A program made the translations under genes and the position numbers. From an uncultured delta proteobacterium (GTDB lineage: Bacteria; Myxococcota_A; UBA9160; SMWR01), in assembly GCA_963832165.1 (NCBI GenBank), contig CAWHTE010000001.1:224001-288000 (forward strand): 64,000 nt of DNA, in the 5' to 3' direction. Shown here in pieces: positions 9,105 to 16,929 of this stretch; positions within the stretch are counted from its first letter, which is position 1, and each line of letters opens with the position of its first letter. The notes under the pieces were generated by a model that saw only the letters and a list, made by a program, of their open reading frames with translations, was not told the origin of the DNA and did no database searches.

Positions 9105-9637
9105 AATGCTCCTTGTTGGGCGGCAAGCCAGTCAGAACCGCTAGCACTTCGTCGCGGGTCGAGCTTCTTGGTGAGAAAGCGCGTGGGGCCAGAGTCGCCT
9201 AAGACGAAATCGGCGAACCCAAAGTTCTTGTAGAGCGCCAGGGCTCTTGCGTTGTCGTCCTGGACCTCGAGCGTGAGCTTGCAGCACCCCCGACGCCTGG
9301 CGCGATCCTCCGCAGCTACCAGAAGTGCGCGTCCAACTCCTTGCCCTCGCCACTGCGGCAACACCGCCAGATCGTGGATATTCAAGAGCGGTCGAGCCTG
9401 GAAAGTGGACAACCCGAGAAAACACACCGCGACGCCTGCGGCGTGCCCTTCCGCGATGGCGAGTAGCACCAGTGTCGTGGGGTGATCCCGGAGAGCGGGT
9501 ATGAGTCGATCGCGGACCTCGGGTCCAAGAGGTTCTGCACCGCCCACGGGATCAGCTGCATACGAGTTGAGGACATCGATGATGCCGTCACGGTGTGCAG
9601 CATCGTCGAAGTCCGCGTCTACGATCTCGACTTGCAT
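9041..9637 (-). CDS. GNAT family acetyltransferase
   Basis: LNIHDLAV...WRGQGVGRALL...KLTLEVQDDNARALALY; C-terminus runs through an attC remnant. Confidence 0.92.
   Translation of the reverse strand: MQVEIVDADFDDAAHRDGIIDVLNSYAADPVGGAEPLGPEVRDRLIPALRDHPTTLVLLAIAEGHAAGVAVCFLGLSTFQARPLLNIHDLAVLPQWRGQGVGRALLVAAEDRARRRGCCKLTLEVQDDNARALALYKNFGFADFVLGDSGPTRFLTKKLDPRRSASGSDWLAAQQGALCHRFPSPQSLLPFSESCSCF
9115..9124 (-). repeat. attC remnant (R'' box only)
   Basis: Minus strand gccGCCCAAC fused directly to the RBS of the next gene. Confidence 0.5.
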
Positions 9638-9657
9638 GTCAACAGACTGCTCTCGCC

Positions 9658-9726
9658 GCCCAACGGATCGGCATTGAGCTGCCGGCCGCCCGGAAGGACC
9701 AGGAGACCCGCCCCATCTTATTAGGC
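9658..9726 (-). repeat. attC with altered left arm
   Basis: Minus strand GCCTAAT-aagatg...gcagctcaatgccgatcc-GTTGGGC; L'' not recognisable. Confidence 0.7.
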
Positions 9727-10269
9727 AGCGCCCTCGGGCATGAGCGCTGTATGCATGAAATCGGTGCCGCCAGGGTCATGGCCGAGCTGGAAGAGCAGCG
9801 CCGTGACTTGGCCACGGTGGTGTGTCTGGTGATTGAAAAGGTGCGCGACCACGTGCCAGAACGGCACCACCATGCTCTGGCCGGTGGAACGAGCATACGA
9901 AAGGTCGCTCTCGAGAATGTCGGGGGTAAGCTCAGCCACCCACGATTGGATCGCAGCATCGGTTTCGCGACGCTGCGCGGCCAGCTCCGGGAAGCTCTCG
10001 TATAGGACTTGTGCGAGCGACTGGAACTCGAAGACCAGTGGGGTCTTCTCGAGGGAGCGAAACCCATGAGGATGCTTGCTGATCCGACCCAGCCATATGC
10101 GATCCGTCAGGAGGATGTGGTTGAGCGTGCCGTGGATGGACCGAAAGAATGCACCCATGTCTCGGTTCCGCTCCTCCTCCGACAGGGACGATGCCAGGTC
10201 ATAGAGTCGGCCGTTGAACCAGGCGTTGTACTGTGCGAATCGGTAGAACTGCTTGAGATGGAGATTCAT
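9721..10269 (-). CDS. DinB/YfiT-family damage-inducible protein
   Basis: YNAWFN, FFRSIHGTLNHILLTD and HLFNHQTHHRGQ motifs; ATG at 10269. Confidence 0.93.
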   Translation of the reverse strand: MNLHLKQFYRFAQYNAWFNGRLYDLASSLSEEERNRDMGAFFRSIHGTLNHILLTDRIWLGRISKHPHGFRSLEKTPLVFEFQSLAQVLYESFPELAAQRRETDAAIQSWVAELTPDILESDLSYARSTGQSMVVPFWHVVAHLFNHQTHHRGQVTALLFQLGHDPGGTDFMHTALMPEGAA

Positions 10270-10301
10270 GCTCGATCCCTGGCGCCGCCTTGTATCTACC
10301 C

Positions 10302-10465
10302 CGTGGCCGTGCCGACGATCCGACCTAGCATGATCACGCTTCCGGGGAGACCGTTGCTGCCTGAAGCCACGAGCTTGTCCGTTAGATGGGTCCCCCGCCC
10401 TCTTCGCCCATGCCGTGGAGGATCCGAGGCCCGAGAGCCTGCATCCACAAGGTCGGTAGGCGACG
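10302..10465 (+). ncRNA. predicted bridge RNA
   Basis: 5' hairpin at 10302-10338; internal loop with gctgcct and tccgttag matching the target; second loop with gaggatc and acaag matching the circle junction. Confidence 0.8.
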
Positions 10466-10510
10466 GTACAGGGTCGGGGAACCCGGAAGCAGCGTAACAC
10501 GGGGGGACGC

Positions 10511-11497
10511 ATGCGTGGAGCCTGCTATGTGGGAGTCGATGTCAGCGCGGACGAGATCACGGTGGCGATCGAGGGGCGTGCCGAGCGGGTCACACTGGCC
10601 AACGATATCGAGGGCCACGAGCGACTGATTCGGTTGCTGACCCGCCGCGGAAAGGCCGCGCGCGTGTGCCTGGAGGCGACGGGCATCTACCACCTCGACT
10701 TGGCATTAGCGCTGCATCGAGCGCGAGCGATCGACGTGATGGTGGTGAACCCCTCGGCGGCGCGGGACTTCGGACGCGCGCTGCTGCAGCGCTCGAAGAC
10801 GGATCGCGTGGACGCAGGGGTGCTGCTGGAGTTTGCGCAGCGAATGCCTTTCGCATCGTGGCAGCCGCCCGCGCCCGAGATCCTCGATCTACGGGCGATC
10901 GTCCGTCGGATCGGCGCCCTCACCGTCACGCGAACCCAGGAGCGCAATCGACTTCATGCGGCGGGCCGCTGTGCGGAGCTCACCGAAGCGATCGCCTGGG
11001 ACATCGAAGCGCACCTCGAGCATCTCGCGCAGAGCCTGGAGCGTTTGCAGCAGCAGGCGCTCGAGCTCGTGCAAGCGCACCCCGAGCTCGCGCAACGCTT
11101 CGAGCGGCTCATTTCGGTCCGCGGCATCGCGACCACCAGCGCACTGCGCATTCTCGCCGAGCTCGCCGTGCTGCCCGCCGACATGACCCCTCGTCAGTGG
11201 GTCGCTCACGCGGGACTCGACCCGCGTGCGCACGACTCGGGAACCTCGCTGCACAAGCCCGCCCGGATCAGCAAGAAGGGAAACAGTCACCTGCGAGCGG
11301 CGCTCTACATGCCGGCGATGGTCGCAGCCCGTGAGGAGCCCAGTGTGAGGACCTTCTATCAGAAGCGCCTCGCAGGAGGACTCAAGCCCATCCAAGCCCT
11401 GGTCGCCGTAGAGCGAAAGCTCCTGCATAGCATCCACGGAATGTGGGCGAGCAATAGCAACTTCGACGGCGAGAAATTCTGCGCGATGAGCGCTTGA
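10511..11497 (+). CDS. IS110-family DEDD recombinase/transposase
   Basis: YVGVDVS, CLEATG, KTDRVDA, catalytic-Ser motif DSGTS and SKKGNSHLRAALYMPA. Confidence 0.96.
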   Translation: MRGACYVGVDVSADEITVAIEGRAERVTLANDIEGHERLIRLLTRRGKAARVCLEATGIYHLDLALALHRARAIDVMVVNPSAARDFGRALLQRSKTDRVDAGVLLEFAQRMPFASWQPPAPEILDLRAIVRRIGALTVTRTQERNRLHAAGRCAELTEAIAWDIEAHLEHLAQSLERLQQQALELVQAHPELAQRFERLISVRGIATTSALRILAELAVLPADMTPRQWVAHAGLDPRAHDSGTSLHKPARISKKGNSHLRAALYMPAMVAAREEPSVRTFYQKRLAGGLKPIQALVAVERKLLHSIHGMWASNSNFDGEKFCAMSA

Positions 11498-11514
11498 CAG
11501 CGCAGAGAGGATCT

Positions 11515-11643
11515 AACGGATCGCGGTTCAGCTCTGCCGCCCCGCGTACCTCCGAGTATCAATCCAGCGGCCGCCGCGCGTCAATCACCGACCGGCGGCC
11601 GCCGACATGCCCCGATCAAGGTGCGTCGGGGTCAGATAGAGCC
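11515..11643 (-). repeat. long attC body lacking R'' (remainder of the IS110 target site)
   Basis: Minus strand gctctatctgaccccg...cggggcggcagagctgaac-cgcgatcc-GTTAG; internal gcggccgccg/cggcggccgc palindrome. Confidence 0.75.
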
Positions 11644-11789
11644 CTGTGGCGCGCGGTGCGGCGGATGTGCGATTCGCCGAACGGCTCGAGCCGGTAGGCG
11701 ATCCCCTTCGCGCGCAGATAGGCCTCGAGCTTGCCGGTGAAGTACGAAGCCGTGGTGCCGTAGATGGTGAGCGCGGTGGCGCCCGTCAT
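11616..11789 (-). pseudogene. glutathione S-transferase-like gene, N-terminal fragment
   Basis: IYGTTASYFTGKLEAYLRAKGIAY is a GST N-domain start; the frame runs into attC sequence after about 48 codons. Confidence 0.8.
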
Positions 11790-11791
11790 CG

Positions 11792-13219
11792 CTAGCGCGC
11801 GAGCGCCGCGAGCAGCTTCTCCCAAACGCCGCCGAAGTCGCCGTTGCTCATCACCACGGCGACGTCACCCGGCTGTGCAGTGGCGGCGATGTGCGCGACG
11901 ATCGCGTCGACGTCGGGCAGCGCCACGGCGGGTACGCCGCGCGCGGTGATGTCTGCGGCGAGCTGCTCCGCGGAGAAGCGCTCGGTGACCTCGCCCGTGG
12001 CGCTGTAGATCGGCGTGTCGGGCACGATCCGGATCACCACCGTGCCGGCCCGGTCGAACGACTGCGCATACTGCTGCTGGAACACCTTGCGCCGGCTCGT
12101 GTTGGTGCGCGGCTCGAAGATCGCCACCACGCGCCGGCCCGGATAGCGCGCGCGCACGGCCTCGAGCGTGGCGGACACGGCGGTCGGATGATGCGCGAAG
12201 TCGTCGAGCACGGTCACGCCGCGTGCTTCGCCGCGCACCTCGAGCCGGCGGCGCACGCCGCGGAATTGCGCGAGCGCCGCTGCGGCATCGGCGAGCGGTA
12301 CGCCGAGCTCGACCACGGCCCCGAGACCCGCGACGGCGTTCTCGATGTTGTGCGCGCCGTAGAGCGGAACGAGCGTGGAGACCGCGGCGCCGCCGGGCCC
12401 GCGCAGGACGAAACGCGTGCCGCGCTCGTCCGATGAAAGATCCGTGGCGGCGTAATCGAAATCGCCGCCGCTGCCCACGCCGTATCCGACCACGCGACAC
12501 GGCGCACCGCGCACCACGTCGCGCACGCCCTCGTGCGCGAGCGCGGCCACGATCGTTCCCTCGCGCGGCATCTGCCGCACGAGCGTGCGGAACGCGTCCT
12601 TCACGTGCTCGAGGTCGCGGTAGATGTCGGCGTGGTCGAACTCCACCGACGTCACCACGAGCGTGCGCGGGTGGTAGTGCAGGAACTTCGGCGTCTTGTC
12701 GAAGAACGCGGTGTCGTATTCGTCGCCCTCGACCACGAAGTGCGAGCCTGCGCCCTCGCGGAAGCTGCCGTCGAAGTCGAGCGCGTGTCCGCCCACGAGC
12801 AGCGACGGGTCGCGGCCGCAGCGCAGCAGGAGCGACGCGAGCAGGCTCGTCGTGGTGGTCTTGCCGTGCGTACCGGAGACCACCACCGAGTGCTTGCCCG
12901 CGATCGCGAGCTCGTAGAGCGCGTCGGAGAACGAGCGGTAGGGCAGGCCCTCGTCGATGGCTGCGCGCGCCTCGGGGTTGTCGGGGCGCACGGCATTGCC
13001 GATCACCACGAGGTCGGGGTCGGCCGCGTGCACGTGCTCGGCGCGGAAGCCGTCGTTCACGCGGATGCCCCAGGTCTCGAGCAGCGTGCTCATGGGCGGG
13101 TAGAGGTGATCGTCGGAGCCCGTCACGCGCAGGCCGCGCGCGTGCAGCAGGCCCGCGAGGCTGCCCATGCCCGTTCCACCGATCGCTACGAAGTGGACGC
13201 TGCGCGGAGTCTCACTCAC
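11792..13219 (-). CDS. mpl: murein peptide ligase (UDP-MurNAc:L-Ala-D-Glu-mDAP ligase)
   Basis: IGGTGMGSLA, GTHGKTTT, EGDEYDTAFFDKTPKF, DDFAHHPT and MSNGDFGG motifs. Confidence 0.9.
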   Translation of the reverse strand: MSETPRSVHFVAIGGTGMGSLAGLLHARGLRVTGSDDHLYPPMSTLLETWGIRVNDGFRAEHVHAADPDLVVIGNAVRPDNPEARAAIDEGLPYRSFSDALYELAIAGKHSVVVSGTHGKTTTTSLLASLLLRCGRDPSLLVGGHALDFDGSFREGAGSHFVVEGDEYDTAFFDKTPKFLHYHPRTLVVTSVEFDHADIYRDLEHVKDAFRTLVRQMPREGTIVAALAHEGVRDVVRGAPCRVVGYGVGSGGDFDYAATDLSSDERGTRFVLRGPGGAAVSTLVPLYGAHNIENAVAGLGAVVELGVPLADAAAALAQFRGVRRRLEVRGEARGVTVLDDFAHHPTAVSATLEAVRARYPGRRVVAIFEPRTNTSRRKVFQQQYAQSFDRAGTVVIRIVPDTPIYSATGEVTERFSAEQLAADITARGVPAVALPDVDAIVAHIAATAQPGDVAVVMSNGDFGGVWEKLLAALAR

Positions 13220-14432
13220 CGTCGGACGGTTCCTCTTCGCTCGGCGCATCGCCCTCGCTCTTCGGCTCGCGCGGCGGTGGCTCCGCGAGGAAGCCCTCCA
13301 TCACGAGATCGTGCACGATCGGGCGCAGCTCGAAGCGGCTCTTCTTGGCCACCTGATGCACGCGGTTCGAGAGCATCACGACGATCGCCTCGCGTTCCAG
13401 ATCGATCCACAGCGATGTCCCCGTGAAGCCGAGGTGCCCGATCGAGCGCGCCGAGAAGTACTGGCCCGACGAGGACTGCCCCGGCGTCGGCGTGTCCCAG
13501 CCGAGCGCCCAGTCCGAATCCTTCGGCAGCTGCTGGCGTTCGCTGAAGGCCTGCAGCGCTGCGCGGGGCAGCGCGTCGCTGCGGCCGTGCCAGACGTCCA
13601 CCACGGCCTGCGCGAAGCGCATCACGTCGTCGGCCGTGGAGAACAGGCCCGCGTGGCCCGCGATGCCGCCCATCGCCCACGCGTTCGGGTCGTGCACCTC
13701 GCCCCAGACGATCCGCTCGCGCCACGGGCAGTTCTCGGTGGCGGCGACGCGTCGGCGCTGCGCCTCGGACAGCTCGCCGCCGCCGCCCACGGGCACGAAG
13801 AACGTCTCGCGCATGCCGAGCGGCTCGAACACGCGCTCGCGGCAGTAGTCATCGAGGCGCCGCTGCGTCACCGCCTCCACCACCGCGCCCAGCGTGATGA
13901 AGTCGAGGTCGCCGTACACGGCGGCCTCGCCGGGCGCGTGCACGAGCGCCGAGCGCACGATCCGGTCGATCACGAACTCTCGCGCTGCGGGTGTCGCGAG
14001 CCAGCGCTCGCCGGTCTTGTGCTCGCGCTCGAGCAGCAGCTCGTGGAAGCCGCGCCAGGGCTTGAGCCCGGACGAGTGCGTGAGCAGATGGCGGATCGTC
14101 ACGATGTCCTTGCCGCGCTCCGCGAACGCGGGCAGGTACTTCGCGACCGGCGCATCGAGATCGACGCTGCCCTCGTGCACGAGCCAGAGCAGCGCGCTCG
14201 TGGTGGCCATCGGCTTGGTCAGCGACGCGAGATCGAAGATCGTCTCGCGCGTCATCGGGATGCGCTCGGGCCGCACCACGGCGTGACCGCGCACCGAGAG
14301 GTGCTCGATGATCTCGCCCTCGCGCGGCATGCGCGCGAGCACGACCGCGCCCGGGATCTCGGCGGATTCGATCGCCTTGTCGAGCGCGCGATCGATCTTC
14401 GCGAGCTTGCGCCGAATCAGACTCCACTTCAC
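13212..14432 (-). CDS. serine hydrolase, beta-lactamase/class C fold
   Basis: FDLASLTK (SxxK), LLTHSSG, YGD, GEVHDPNA, GHAGLF and GHLGFTG motifs. Confidence 0.92.
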   Translation of the reverse strand: MKWSLIRRKLAKIDRALDKAIESAEIPGAVVLARMPREGEIIEHLSVRGHAVVRPERIPMTRETIFDLASLTKPMATTSALLWLVHEGSVDLDAPVAKYLPAFAERGKDIVTIRHLLTHSSGLKPWRGFHELLLEREHKTGERWLATPAAREFVIDRIVRSALVHAPGEAAVYGDLDFITLGAVVEAVTQRRLDDYCRERVFEPLGMRETFFVPVGGGGELSEAQRRRVAATENCPWRERIVWGEVHDPNAWAMGGIAGHAGLFSTADDVMRFAQAVVDVWHGRSDALPRAALQAFSERQQLPKDSDWALGWDTPTPGQSSSGQYFSARSIGHLGFTGTSLWIDLEREAIVVMLSNRVHQVAKKSRFELRPIVHDLVMEGFLAEPPPREPKSEGDAPSEEEPSDGE

Positions 14433-15370
14433 GACGCGATCACCGGCTCACGACCCCCACTTCGAGCAGCTCGAGCGTGCCCACGAGCGCCGTCGATCGT
14501 AGCGCGCGCGCCGACCGGCCACGCGCGGTTGTCCTTGCAGTGACCGAACGGAAGGCCCGTGACGAGCGGGATGCGCAGCGCGCCCGCGATCTCCGCCACC
14601 ACGTCCTCCGCGGAGGGCTCCGGGTAACGCTCGTCCTTGCACGCGATGAAGGCGCCGCAGCCGATCCCCGCGAGTCGCGCGAGCTTGCCCGCGCCGCGCA
14701 GCTGCTGGAGCAGGCGGTCGATCCGGTAGGGCGCTTCGTTGACCTCTTCGATCAAGAGGATCGCGCCGCGCGTGTCGATCTCCCACGGCGTACCGAGGCT
14801 CGCCGCGACGAGCACGAGGTTTCCGCCCACGAGGCGACCGGTGCCGCGGCCCTTCACGCGCGCGGTGCCGGTCCAGCGCCGGTCCGCCGCATCGCGCGCG
14901 CCGGTGAGAGCTGCGACCAGCGCGCGCATCGCCCCCGGATCGACGTCGCTGCCGCGCTCGAGCATCGGACCGTGGAACCCGACCAGGCCCGCGCAGCGCC
15001 GCTGCCAGAGCAGGAGCGCCGTCGCGTCGCTGTAGCCGACCAATGGCTTGCGCGCCGCGCGAAACTTCTTCGCGTCGAGCCGATCGAGGATGCGCGGCAG
15101 GCCGTAGCCGCCGCGCGCACACACGATCGCGTCGATCTCCGGATTCGCGATGAGCTCCGCGAGCTCGGCGGCGCGCCGGTCGTCGTCGCCCGCGAGATAG
15201 GCATGCCGCGCGACCACGTCGTCGCGGTGTACGACGCGGAAGCCCGCCGCCTCCCATACCTTCTTCCCGCCCGCGAGCAGCAGGGGGTCGACCGGGCCGC
15301 CCGGCGCCGCGATGCCGAGCGTCGCGCCGGGCGCGATCGCGCGCGGCTTGAGGAGCCGCGGGGCGCTCAC
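14429..15370 (-). CDS. ldcA: LD-carboxypeptidase (peptidase S66)
   Basis: RGGYG, GYSDAT, GGNL and FGH motifs; possible frameshift in the last codons. Confidence 0.92.
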   Translation of the reverse strand: MSAPRLLKPRAIAPGATLGIAAPGGPVDPLLLAGGKKVWEAAGFRVVHRDDVVARHAYLAGDDDRRAAELAELIANPEIDAIVCARGGYGLPRILDRLDAKKFRAARKPLVGYSDATALLLWQRRCAGLVGFHGPMLERGSDVDPGAMRALVAALTGARDAADRRWTGTARVKGRGTGRLVGGNLVLVAASLGTPWEIDTRGAILLIEEVNEAPYRIDRLLQQLRGAGKLARLAGIGCGAFIACKDERYPEPSAEDVVAEIAGALRIPLVTGLPFGHCKDNRAWPVGARATIDGARGHARAARSGGREPVIAS

Positions 15371-15372
15371 GA

Positions 15373-16884
15373 CTAGAAGAAGCCCTCTTCGGACGAGCCC
15401 GTCCCGAAGTCGTCACCGCCTCCGGAGAATCCGCCGGCCAGGGGCCCCGCCTCGGAGCCGAAGCCGGGCCGAGCGGGCAGGCCGAGCTCGCTGCGGCGCT
15501 GGTCGGAGAGGTCGCTGAACTTCGCGTACTTGCCGTCGAACTGGAGCTTGATCGTGCCGGTCGGGCCGTTGCGCTGCTTGGCGACGATCAGCTCGGCGAT
15601 CCCGTGGTTCTCTTCCTTGGGGTTGTACACCTCGTCGCGGTAGATGAACGCGATCAGGTCCGCGTCCTGCTCGATCGCACCCGACTCGCGCAGGTCGCCC
15701 ATGTTGGGCCGTCGCTTGTCGGGGTCGCGCTGCTCGGGGCCGCGATTGAGCTGCGAGAGCGCCACCACGGGGATGTCGAGCTGCTTCGCGAGTGCTTTGA
15801 GGCCGTGGCTGATCTCGCCGATCTCGAGGTCCTTGCGCTGGGTGGGCGTGTTGCCGTGCGCGAGCTGGAGATAATCGAGCACCACGAGGTCGAGCCCGTG
15901 CTCCGACTTGAGGCGTCGGCAGCGCGCCTTGATCTCGAGGATCGTGATCGTGCCCGAATCGTCCATCCAGATCGTCGCGTCCGAGAGCCGGTTCGCGGCG
16001 CGCTGGATCTTCTTGTAGTCCTCGGCGTGGCCGTAGCCCTTGCGGAAGCCCGTGAGGTCGACGCGCGCCTCCGAGGCGAGCAGCCGCAGCACGAGCGAGC
16101 GCTTGGTCATCTCGAGCGAGAAGATCGCGACCTTCTTGTGGTGATCGACGGCGGCGTTGCGCGCGAGGTTGAGCGCGAGCGCGGTCTTTCCCATGCTCGG
16201 CCGCGCCGCGATGATCACGAGCTCGCCGGGCTGCAGCCCGCCCGTGTCGGCGTCGAGGTCCTTGAAGCCCGTCGGCACGCCCGTGAGCTCGCCGCTGCTG
16301 CGCATGAGCGCCTCGACGTGATCCATCGCGTCGTGGAGCCCGCCGTCGAGCGGCGTGAAGATCGGGCGCGCCTTGTTCTGGCCGAGCTCGAAGATCTTCG
16401 ACTCGGCGAAGTCGAGCAGCGGCTCGGCGCGCTCGCTCTGCTCGAAGGCCGCCTCGGTGATCTCGGACGACACGCGAATCAGGCTGCGCTTCACCGACTT
16501 GTCGCGCACGATCTTCGCGTGGTGCACGACGTTGGCCGCGGTGGCTTCGTAGTCGGCGAGCTCGGCCAGCGCCACGAGACCCCCGACGCGGTCGAGCTTC
16601 TTGGCCGCGTTCAGGTGATCGGAGAGCGTGTGCAGGTCGACGGGCTCGTTCTCGTCCTGGAGCGAGAGCATCGCCTTGTAGATAATCTGGTGCGACGGGT
16701 GATAGAAGTCTTCCGGCGCAACTTCGTTGAGCACCGAGTGGATCGCCGCGTTGTCGATCAGGAGCGCCGAGAGCACGGCCTTCTCGGCTTCGAGATCGTG
16801 GGGCGGAATCCTTCCGATCACGCCATCGGGCAACCCGGATCCGTCGGACCCGTCGCGCGAACCTGTGCTGGATGACCGCGCCAC
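15373..16884 (-). CDS. dnaB: replicative DNA helicase
   Basis: AARPSMGKT, DYLQL, LSQLNR, DLRESGAIEQDAD and KQRNGPTG motifs. Confidence 0.98.
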   Translation of the reverse strand: MARSSSTGSRDGSDGSGLPDGVIGRIPPHDLEAEKAVLSALLIDNAAIHSVLNEVAPEDFYHPSHQIIYKAMLSLQDENEPVDLHTLSDHLNAAKKLDRVGGLVALAELADYEATAANVVHHAKIVRDKSVKRSLIRVSSEITEAAFEQSERAEPLLDFAESKIFELGQNKARPIFTPLDGGLHDAMDHVEALMRSSGELTGVPTGFKDLDADTGGLQPGELVIIAARPSMGKTALALNLARNAAVDHHKKVAIFSLEMTKRSLVLRLLASEARVDLTGFRKGYGHAEDYKKIQRAANRLSDATIWMDDSGTITILEIKARCRRLKSEHGLDLVVLDYLQLAHGNTPTQRKDLEIGEISHGLKALAKQLDIPVVALSQLNRGPEQRDPDKRRPNMGDLRESGAIEQDADLIAFIYRDEVYNPKEENHGIAELIVAKQRNGPTGTIKLQFDGKYAKFSDLSDQRRSELGLPARPGFGSEAGPLAGGFSGGGDDFGTGSSEEGFF

Positions 16885-16929
16885 CGCACCCCCATTCGGT
16901 GTGAGCGGGTCTCGATCTTACCAGAGACG

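Larger units (their letters stand above)
10289..11514 (+). mobile_element. IS110-family (IS621-like) element bounded by CT cores, inserted in an attC R' box
   Basis: Removing the element rejoins gccgc-CT-aacggatcgcggttcagc, the local attC consensus; 220-bp non-coding left end, 17-bp right end. Confidence 0.92.

Noticed and set aside
10378..11520. tccgttagat / atctaacgga as terminal inverted repeats of the IS110
   Set aside because: The right copy lies mostly in target DNA and the left copy is internal. Ends at the CT cores (10289, 11513) restore the attC, so the match is better explained as guide-target complementarity.
1..11700. CRISPR array or integron integrase
   Set aside because: The repeats separate whole genes rather than short spacers, and no cas gene or tyrosine recombinase ORF is visible in the window.
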